DNA of 64,000 nucleotides, from the NCBI GenBank assembly GCA_964497315.1, contig CAZCCH010000002.1, positions 17,519 to 81,518 on the forward strand, given 5' to 3'. The translations under genes were made by a program, and so were the position numbers. Shown here one piece after another: positions 19,901 through 26,130 of the stretch. Numbering within the stretch: the stretch's first letter is position 1; each line of letters starts with the position of its first letter. This DNA is from an uncultured Planctomycetia bacterium (GTDB lineage: Bacteria; Omnitrophota; Gorgyraeia; Taenaricolales; CAZCCH01). The notes below the pieces were generated by a model, which was given only the letters and a program-made list of their open reading frames with translations, was not told where the DNA came from and did no database searches.

Positions 19901-21128
19901 ACTCTCGTTCACCATCCTGCTCAGTGAAGCGGGCGGGGGATTTGGTGAAATCTAACATATCATGCGCCTTCGGTGCTGGCGCCTTATCTTTATATCCCAC
20001 AATTCCCTTAAGATAAAACCAACCGTCGCAGCGATCAAGCCCATCTTGGACATGAGTCCAATTACCGCTACGCCCATACCTTTCTCTCTTTATTTTGGTC
20101 AGACCCTTCAGAATACCCTTCAGCGTATTCCCGTTACCTAAAGGTGCAAAATTCTCTCGGAGCATATTATATAATAATTCCGCTGGAATGTGTGTTTCGT
20201 CCTTAGGGGCTGCCTGACGTAATCTCTCAACCTCTGATCTGTCGATCAGGCCCAGCAAAAATAATCCTCTCAATGTATAAATCGCTGTGCTTGCGCTGCG
20301 CTTACACTCATCAAAGTCTAAATCTGCCCCATAACAGTCAGAAAAAGTCCTCATGACAAAAATGTTTGGGGTCTTGGTTGTAATTTCGTAGCCTCTAAAA
20401 TGCTGCTCAGCTATTTTTCTCTGAATATTGACAAGCTCTATTATTTTACCGCGTTCTCTTCTGGAGGGATCGACATACAAGGCGTATATGTCAATTCTAG
20501 AATCTTCCTCACAAATACCAATGGTCTGTTCAAAAACATAGGGTGCTTCTGCCTTTAATTTTCTGGTGGCGAAATACGCAAAGCTATCTATCGGCATACG
20601 AACCCAATTTGTCTTAAGCAACCTCTCTAAGGGTGCGACTCTCAGACGAATTATAGCAGGTTCGGCATGCCAATACAGCAACACGATATCCTGATCGTCT
20701 AATTCCTTTTCTTCTTGTAATTCCCTTAATGCTTCTCTGACATCCTTGCCCGGCCTTACGGCCAATTCTGCCTTGGGGTTTAACGATTTGTATAGCTTTG
20801 AGCCACGGCCCCCTAACCAAAAACTCGCCTCTACTCTACCTTCCAAAATTGCTTTCTTCTCCCCTAAACTCTCAGCCGTGATAGTGGGGGGATGTTGAGG
20901 TGGACTTGTAGAGTTTTCAATTTTTTGCTCTAGCTGTTCTCCCTGGTTTGGCCGATCTCCTTCCGTAAACCTTGCAGCTAGTTCTCTTGTAAGCTCTTTA
21001 TCTTTTGCTGTGGTATCAGGCCTGAGGGTCTCTTTGGAAGGGGATGCAAGAATATAGTCTACCCCTATCAGTGACATTGTAAATGCCACAAGTAGACATA
21101 ATGATATTATTTTCTTAGTATAGTTCAT
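16992..21128 (-). CDS. Giant multi-domain protein of unknown function. It has an N-terminal signal or anchor, a possible GNAT-like module, PBS-lyase/HEAT repeats, an HExxH-containing module and a C-terminal CheY-like receiver domain plus a conserved about 130-aa C-terminal domain.
   Basis: 1378-aa uninterrupted ORF with GC about 50-53%, against about 40% in the flanking DNA. Hydrophobic N-terminus (KKIISLCLLVAFTMSLIG). HEAT-like repeats (EALGYIGDPSSLEALKRAA). HEILH motif. REC-like signature IRILLVEDDG...MVADLNM...KTILTS. The motif [AP]RFTEQDG recurs three to four times in-frame. Confidence 0.85.
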   Translation of the reverse strand: MNYTKKIISLCLLVAFTMSLIGVDYILASPSKETLRPDTTAKDKELTRELAARFTEGDRPNQGEQLEQKIENSTSPPQHPPTITAESLGEKKAILEGRVEASFWLGGRGSKLYKSLNPKAELAVRPGKDVREALRELQEEKELDDQDIVLLYWHAEPAIIRLRVAPLERLLKTNWVRMPIDSFAYFATRKLKAEAPYVFEQTIGICEEDSRIDIYALYVDPSRRERGKIIELVNIQRKIAEQHFRGYEITTKTPNIFVMRTFSDCYGADLDFDECKRSASTAIYTLRGLFLLGLIDRSEVERLRQAAPKDETHIPAELLYNMLRENFAPLGNGNTLKGILKGLTKIKRERYGRSGNWTHVQDGLDRCDGWFYLKGIVGYKDKAPAPKAHDMLDFTKSPARFTEQDGERELAIAALVAEGAGDSDTLVSAVRTVAGYDDQEALRLLLRCLAHRSAHVQHEAMSSFVRKGVAVAPHLNEALISSYEPDTPKPERIDDFRYRLAEALGYIGDPSSLEALKRAAVGRNANVALFAAEALTMLRREREIAQEIVQFMRGHLLTPSSKHVHAAYTLARFEDDGYEAMEEIFKDKSNHSSVRMKAAWGMVQACNVRAKESFEDVLDGEWDIEAERLDELMKIRRALHKAEIDRPSLAEIVNFAFYLQNFRRRLADDDGIDPDLVMEYVKAAFKRRTELGMTIDATTEQVFKELLIEEEGVEYHEVDLVKSLVEHLNEMASDEYNRKQTVVTWLRNKQDRGISTAVVFSPENESERVEVPIEPVIDHVLGSIWFKERTENDTDSERPIVEVPEISLDKWRLFVCRARFTEQNDNEKIERAREAEARFSESNSSGQDHLKTGERMHSTTKARRLFAAEEFLPTGIVREGFLEPGLMVIVDETICKEILRLLSKYDAMGIISTAVYINRDDTHNKESFEYLEKEFGRPFQRVVVVGGIDIDWIILHEILHDCIALSSKKYPDKFRRLLEVIYETSKDNRHFGSAYTSLSHAIVVNDMVLLASGLRSFVPEFFSGQCVKGGGDSQAYVYLKYLMPDEARQLFYDLGFIWPLPFPNNEPPSIKVPREENETRFSEIKGKVNPLDVEYGPFASIERSEQRLAGERPRFTEQDGAQPIRILLVEDDGDQRERLVRGFTKEGYKVIETVNPQDALRKLDELEILPHLMVADLNMLDEETGKIDSEAGPKLAKEVRKRYPQIKTILTSMGMDGAEAERYRELEGIDEACNKVTELLVSKIKGLLSRFAESLFGDFKNLSTGLIIESPLGENILPALQDLELPKGTTIAITGDTAHLKGDVDILNAALGYELVILCETIEQAAEELRRRGLILIRLIATELRTLPAFIDEIHYITEETLQLLEELKSHKETKTGA
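17771..17791 (-). repeat. Intragenic 21-bp direct repeat encoding PRFTEQDG (copy 1 of 3)
   Basis: CATCCTGCTCAGTGAAGCGGG is identical to 19913-19933 and differs by one nucleotide from 18657-18677. Confidence 0.8.
18657..18677 (-). repeat. Intragenic 21-bp direct repeat encoding RARFTEQ (copy 2 of 3)
   Basis: CATTCTGCTCAGTGAAGCGGG matches the other two copies at 20 of 21 positions. Confidence 0.8.
19913..19933 (-). repeat. Intragenic 21-bp direct repeat encoding ARFTEQDG (copy 3 of 3)
   Basis: CATCCTGCTCAGTGAAGCGGG is identical to copy 1. Confidence 0.8.
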
Positions 21129-21201
21129 AGAAATGGGATATCCTGCCTTTGTCTTAAGTTAAAATAAAGTATAGCATAAGATTACCCCAAATGCAAGGCT
21201 A

Positions 21202-21260
21202 AAAATCTAGATTTTGTTTTTATTAACAATATTGAGATATAGTGTGTTAATGGGTGGGGC
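21202..21260 (-). promoter_or_regulatory. Conserved upstream module P1 of the 1378-aa gene: putative sigma70 promoter plus perfect 14-bp palindrome AAAATCTAGATTTT
   Basis: A block of about 55 bp (ATCTAGATTTTGTTTTTATTAACAATATTGAGATATAGTGTGTTAATGGGTGGG) is conserved almost identically upstream of the 858-aa gene at 24291-24345. In gene orientation it reads TTAACA, then about 18 nt, then TTAATA, followed by the palindrome. Confidence 0.5.
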
Positions 21261-21400
21261 AAAAGATATAGTGAGCTAGGTGGTGGGGTATCCTCAAAAT
21301 AGTGGTAGAGGGGTACAATTTGTAACAATCCTTATAAAAGCGGTAGGGGTACCCTTAGTGTCCATATAGGTTGTCCATACTACATTAAAATTGGTTAAGA

Positions 21401-21457
21401 CAAAAAAACTCCTTAAGTCCTTTAGAAATAATGTATTTATAAAGAATATAAGGAGTT
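21401..21457 (-). terminator. Hairpin plus T-tract (rho-independent terminator-like) downstream of the 858-aa gene and the pseudo-tRNA
   Basis: On the minus strand AACTCCTTA pairs with TAAGGAGTT as a 9-bp stem around a large AT-rich loop, followed by TTTTT. Confidence 0.45.
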
Positions 21458-21477
21458 ATAAAAACTTACTTGGTCGG

Positions 21478-21562
21478 TTTATGAGTCACCTGCGCTATGG
21501 GCCCAGTTAATAGGGTTTCAGTGAAATTGAATTATACCAGATTTAGGTGGGGTTGTAAAGGC
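21478..21562 (-). repeat. Direct repeat copy 2: truncated pseudo-tRNA-Met (5' half to the anticodon loop, D-arm deletion) plus an intact copy of the tRNA promoter
   Basis: It retains TTTACA-17-TATAAT (21559-21531) and GGGCCCATAGCGCAGGTGACTCATAA. Sequence diverges after the anticodon loop. The 3' half, T-arm and CCA are absent. Confidence 0.85.
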
Positions 21563-21631
21563 GGAAATATTGCCTGTGGTAAGAAAAATCCATTTGCTTT
21601 TCTTGCTAAAAAGAGATAGGGTGTAGGCGGT

Positions 21632-24208
21632 TTATATAGCTCTTGCAGCTGCTTCAAAAGCATCCATTAGGCGTCTTTCATCTTTAGGAGGATACTGTAT
21701 GCCTATTGTATCTATCATGGCTTTAAGCCATTGTGCAATAGCTGTATAGTTACGCTCTATAAGGGGTATTATTTCAATATTAGCTATTTGTTTAAGCTTT
21801 TGTGTGGTATAAAGAAGGAATTTTGGTCTGGCATTGGGGAGTTTTTCTTTTATGTATCTAGTTAGTCTATTCACTAATTCTCCTATAGCAGCTATAGTAT
21901 TACCTTCATATTCTTCTAAGCTTACTACAATTGCTCCAGCAGCAAAACGTGCTGCTTCTTTTTTAGTATTGACTAAAAATGCAAGAGGTGCTTCAGTGAA
22001 GTGTGCTCCTAAAATAGCTAGTTCCTTAGCATCTGTGCAGTCTAGGATACCAACATTTGGTCTTGAGATGTTTGGCGTTGCTTTGTATTGGAAGTCTATT
22101 TTGTTTAGGGTGTTTGTTATTTCAGTGAAGCGGGAAGATATGTGTTCCGAAGCTGCTACTCCAGCAAAGAAATCAAGCACCTTAGAGCGGCTATTTGGAT
22201 GTTGCTGTCCAGGTATCTCATCTTCTCTTCCAAGTATCCACTTAGCAAAGGCATCTGCAAGGCTGAATGCTCTTCCTTGCTTTACAGCAGCTTCAGGAAG
22301 AAGTTCACTTGCATAGTCTTGCATGTAATAAGGAACTCCCTCTCTGGAGTAATCACCTGATAAAATTGCTCCTGCCAACTGCACATCTTCTGGGACTACA
22401 CCGCTTCCTTCATTCCAAATATGAAAGCCTATTCTACAGGCAAAATTTTCCGGTGTCATGCCTTTATAAACATCTGCTGTTCTTGAGCTGGGAGGGTAGA
22501 GCCGTCGTTCTCCAGGCTTATATGGAACTAAAGCTAATCGGCTTACAAAATATGTATTAATTCTTCCTACAATATCTTGAAGTGGTTTCGTTTCATCATC
22601 AGAAAGACCGGCTTCAGCCGCAGCCTGTGGGACATAAAACACTCCAAAAGGATTCCTGGCGATATCCGCTAAGTTCTGTGCTGAAGCTTGGTTAAATCCT
22701 TCACAATCTTCAATGGCATCAATTGCCCCAGTTGCACGAGTAGGTGATTCGGCCATTAGTGCTGCCACGGCATCCCGTAAAGCAGTGCGGTCACCTTCAG
22801 CAACTTCAATCCCTTCTCTTTTAGTAAAATCAGAAATAACTCTACGTACCAAAGAGGCTGTATTCGGTTCATGTTGTTCTAGGGTGGTGTAGCTTCCTTC
22901 TGCAAAGCGGGTAGGGGTCACATCAATCCATTCAGTTGTGTCAAACGGCTGACTGCCTTCCTCCCGACCAAGATAAATATGGAAACCTACACCAGCCCCC
23001 CTTGTTGATACACTTAAATCCCCGGACACAAACTCTGATGGTGATTCTTTAGAAAAACCTACGCTTATATCTCCGCAATGTTTGATTTCACCTCTTTGTA
23101 ATTCCCCTTTAACCTTATCAGCATTTGCTAATATTCTAAGAAAATCTTCTCGATACGTTGTAAATAATAAACTAGTTGGATCTAAGCTAAAAAAAGCTAC
23201 ACCGTCATCATCTAGCTGTTCTCCAAACCGTTTATCTGGGTAATTAACACTAAATCCTACATCTGGTACATCAGGATTGAAAGCCTGCCGGATTTGAACC
23301 ACAATTCTAGTTCTATTAAAATTTATCCAAGCCCTTGGACCATAGAATTCACGTCCTCCAATCCTCTCGATCTCCTCTAATATTCTGGTAGCTACTGCTA
23401 CTTGCACCTCAGGTGATAGCCTTTCAGCTGGTTTAGCTTCAGGAGGGGTTTGCTCGGACTGAGCACCAGCAAGTTCTTTAATAAAGTCATCAGCTATTGC
23501 CATTCTTTCAGCATCAAGATCAGGTGTGCTACGTAGAGCCCTTAAAGTAGCTAAAGCTTTTTCTTTCTGGCGCAGTTCAAGTTGGACTACTGCCAAGTGC
23601 AACCTAGAATCAACAACCACATTCATTGACTCAGAATGCGATGAGCTCCTAGCAACTTCAATAGCCTTCTCAAAAGCATCAGCAGCTCTTTGTGAGTCAT
23701 TAGATTCTGCATGAATTCTACCAATGCATCTATTGGCTTCCGCAAGAGCAAATATGAGCTTTGGGCTCAATCTGTCCTCTCCAAACAACCGACTACCTAA
23801 TTCGTCCGCTGCAGTTAAGGCTTCTAGGGCTTCTTCATTGTCCTGATATTCCATATAACGTCCTTCTTTTGCTCTAAAAAGAAGGCGTCCCCTTGTAAAG
23901 TGGGCCTCCATAAGATGTGGTTCAGAAAGATCTCCCATATTAATAGCTTCATCAAAGAGCTCTATCGCTCTTCCATAGGATTCTACTCCTTCACTAGCTA
24001 AATCTTTGGCCATATCAAAGTAAGCTTCTGCATCTCGTGCTTTCCCATCATCCGCCCCTAATGCTTCTTCTCTAAACCTAGCTGCTATAGGAGTTTTCCT
24101 TGTCATAGGAGTCCTTAAAGCCCAGACATACTGTGACATTGTGGTATTAATAAACATACATACCACTAATAGTGCTATTATTTTGGTTAGGGATTTGTGG
24201 GATAACAT
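21632..24208 (-). CDS. Large secreted-type protein of unknown function, paralogous in its C-terminal domain and motifs to the 1378-aa protein. It has an N-terminal signal peptide and a TPR-like N-terminal region.
   Basis: 858-aa ORF with GC about 55%. Signal-like N-terminus (KIIALLVVCMFINTTMSQYVWA). RF[TA]E motifs are present (ARFREE, TRFAEG, SSRFTEITN). The C-terminal roughly 120 aa align with the 1378-aa protein C-terminus: SRFTEITNTLNK...ILGAHF aligns with SRFAESLFGDFKNL...ALGYEL. Confidence 0.85.
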   Translation of the reverse strand: MLSHKSLTKIIALLVVCMFINTTMSQYVWALRTPMTRKTPIAARFREEALGADDGKARDAEAYFDMAKDLASEGVESYGRAIELFDEAINMGDLSEPHLMEAHFTRGRLLFRAKEGRYMEYQDNEEALEALTAADELGSRLFGEDRLSPKLIFALAEANRCIGRIHAESNDSQRAADAFEKAIEVARSSSHSESMNVVVDSRLHLAVVQLELRQKEKALATLRALRSTPDLDAERMAIADDFIKELAGAQSEQTPPEAKPAERLSPEVQVAVATRILEEIERIGGREFYGPRAWINFNRTRIVVQIRQAFNPDVPDVGFSVNYPDKRFGEQLDDDGVAFFSLDPTSLLFTTYREDFLRILANADKVKGELQRGEIKHCGDISVGFSKESPSEFVSGDLSVSTRGAGVGFHIYLGREEGSQPFDTTEWIDVTPTRFAEGSYTTLEQHEPNTASLVRRVISDFTKREGIEVAEGDRTALRDAVAALMAESPTRATGAIDAIEDCEGFNQASAQNLADIARNPFGVFYVPQAAAEAGLSDDETKPLQDIVGRINTYFVSRLALVPYKPGERRLYPPSSRTADVYKGMTPENFACRIGFHIWNEGSGVVPEDVQLAGAILSGDYSREGVPYYMQDYASELLPEAAVKQGRAFSLADAFAKWILGREDEIPGQQHPNSRSKVLDFFAGVAASEHISSRFTEITNTLNKIDFQYKATPNISRPNVGILDCTDAKELAILGAHFTEAPLAFLVNTKKEAARFAAGAIVVSLEEYEGNTIAAIGELVNRLTRYIKEKLPNARPKFLLYTTQKLKQIANIEIIPLIERNYTAIAQWLKAMIDTIGIQYPPKDERRLMDAFEAAARAI

Positions 24209-24290
24209 ACTACCTGCCTTTGTCTTATAGAGGTTTTTGAGTTATTTTTAGTAAGTATACCATAAGATTAGCAAAAAAGCAAGGGTAAAT

Positions 24291-24345
24291 ATCTAGATTT
24301 TGTTTTTATTAACAACATTGAGATGTAGTGTGTTAAGGGGTGGGA
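24291..24345 (-). promoter_or_regulatory. Conserved upstream module P2 of the 858-aa gene, homologous to P1 with an ATCTAGAT palindrome core
   Basis: See the P1 entry. Identity with 21206-21260 is over 90%. Confidence 0.5.
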
Positions 24346-24381
24346 TTCTAAGAAACTCTTAAGTCGCTAAATAAAAAAGGG

Positions 24382-26130
24382 TTAGAACACCTTCTCTTCT
24401 GCTAGGGTTACATCAAGAAAGCTCTTTAATCTGCGACTTCTGGTAGGATGTCTTAATTTCCTTAATGCCTTGGCTTCTATTTGCCTTACTCTTTCTCTTG
24501 TTACGTTGAATATACTGCCCACTTCTTCTAATGTCCTTGGATAGCCATCGCCTATACCAAATCTAAGCCTAATGACCTTCTTTTCCCTGTCTGTTAAGGT
24601 ACCTAAGACATTTTCCATTTGTTCTTTAAGCATGCTATAGGCAGTGGCATTGGCAGGTGAAATAGCCTTTTTGTCTTCTATAAAATCACCAAAATGTGTA
24701 TCGCCTTCATCCCCAATAGGGGTTTGCAAAGATATAGGCTCTTGGGCAATTTTTAAAATACCCCTTACTTTCTCAACAGGCATGCGCATTTCATAAGCTA
24801 TTTCTTCTGGCGTAGGTTCCTTACCATTCTCTTGCACTAACATCCTTGAGACCCTGATAAGCTTATTTATCGTCTCTGTCATATGGACCGGGATACGAAT
24901 TGTCCTTGCTTGGTCGGCTATGGCCCTGGTTATGGCTTGCCTGATCCACCAAGTGGCATAAGTAGAAAATTTATAACCCCTTTTATACTCAAATTTTTCT
25001 ACCGCCTTCATTAAACCAATATTACCTTCCTGTATTAAATCTAGGAATGTTAAACCTCTATTCGTATATTTTTTTGCAATTGAGACAACAAGTCTTAAAT
25101 TTGCCTCTACAAGCTTCCTTTTAGACTTGTTGTAATGCACTTGTTTTCTTCTTACAAGCTTTAATTTCTGCTTTACTTTAGAGCGGGGTTCTCCTAGTTG
25201 TTCCTCAAGAGAGCGAACCTTTTTCTCTAATCTTTGTATCTTACCTCTTACCCTTCTTTTGCGCATACGCTCAATTTCTCTTTTTAGTTTCTCTATTTCT
25301 GCAATGTGCGCATATACATCGGATAACATCTCCTCTACTACCGAAATATTTAAATCTAATTCTTTTACAAGTTGTGCTATTGCAGCTTGTTTTCTTGTGC
25401 GCCTGAGTCTTTGGGTAACAGAAGATATTTTCCTGATAAGTTTACTTTTTTTAAATTTTATCTCGTCATTTATTACTTCATCTGGGTTGCAATTGCCATT
25501 TAAAACCTTATTGGCTACATTTAGGGATAGCTGTTTTGCAATTTTACATTCATATATAGATTCACGAAATACTTCTTCCTTGCTCTCAATATCCTTAGCT
25601 AGTTCTATTTCGGATTCTCGGCTTAAAAGTGGAATTTGCCCCATCTGCCTTAGGTACATCCTAACTGGGTCATCTAACTGAACTACCGGAGTAAATTGCT
25701 TTAATTGCCCTTTCGGTTCCGCTACAATATGAGGTCTCTCATTTTGCGTCTGTGTAGTAGCTTCTTCTGAAGAATCAACAACCTTAATCTTCTCATTACC
25801 AAGTATAACAAATACTTTATCTATTACCTTAGAAGAGATAATGTTTTCTGGTAAGATATCGTTTATCTGTTCATATGTCAGAAAACCCTTTTCATGACCT
25901 AAGCCAATCAATTTTTTAATATCCTTTGTGTGTTTTTGCTTTTTTTGGCTGCGTATTTTTTTGGTCTTTTTTCTAGGTTTTTTCACCGAAGATCTTGTTC
26001 TTTTAAAGGTTTTTTTGCCTTTAGAAACTTTTATTTTCTTGCCTTTTCTAGAAATCTTTATCTTCTTTCGCTTAAGAACTTTTTTCTTTGGCTTCTGTCT
26101 CTTTTTTCTGGATAGTTTCTTTCTTTTCAT
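24382..26130 (-). CDS. rpoD: RNA polymerase primary sigma factor (sigma-70/RpoD) with an unusual Lys/Arg-rich N-terminal extension of about 70 aa
   Basis: Region 1.2 and a non-conserved region are present. Region 2.4 ([14 protein letters not shown]), region 3 and region 4.2 ([28 protein letters not shown]) are canonical. The N-terminus reads [32 protein letters not shown]... Confidence 0.9.
   Translation of the reverse strand: MKRKKLSRKKRQKPKKKVLKRKKIKISRKGKKIKVSKGKKTFKRTRSSVKKPRKKTKKIRSQKKQKHTKDIKKLIGLGHEKGFLTYEQINDILPENIISSKVIDKVFVILGNEKIKVVDSSEEATTQTQNERPHIVAEPKGQLKQFTPVVQLDDPVRMYLRQMGQIPLLSRESEIELAKDIESKEEVFRESIYECKIAKQLSLNVANKVLNGNCNPDEVINDEIKFKKSKLIRKISSVTQRLRRTRKQAAIAQLVKELDLNISVVEEMLSDVYAHIAEIEKLKREIERMRKRRVRGKIQRLEKKVRSLEEQLGEPRSKVKQKLKLVRRKQVHYNKSKRKLVEANLRLVVSIAKKYTNRGLTFLDLIQEGNIGLMKAVEKFEYKRGYKFSTYATWWIRQAITRAIADQARTIRIPVHMTETINKLIRVSRMLVQENGKEPTPEEIAYEMRMPVEKVRGILKIAQEPISLQTPIGDEGDTHFGDFIEDKKAISPANATAYSMLKEQMENVLGTLTDREKKVIRLRFGIGDGYPRTLEEVGSIFNVTRERVRQIEAKALRKLRHPTRSRRLKSFLDVTLAEEKVF

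Noticed and set aside
16992-21128. A diversity-generating retroelement or shufflon interpretation of the intragenic 21-bp repeats.
   Set aside because: There is no reverse transcriptase, invertase or recombinase gene in the window. The repeats are all direct, not inverted. I kept this as an open recombination or processing hypothesis only.
16509-24381. Classical integrase-mediated genomic island at the tRNA-Met locus.
   Set aside because: The duplicated segment is the tRNA 5' half plus promoter, not the 3' end. No integrase, excisionase or transposase is present anywhere in the 64 kb. I therefore describe it as cassette accretion or duplication of unknown mechanism rather than as a mobile element.
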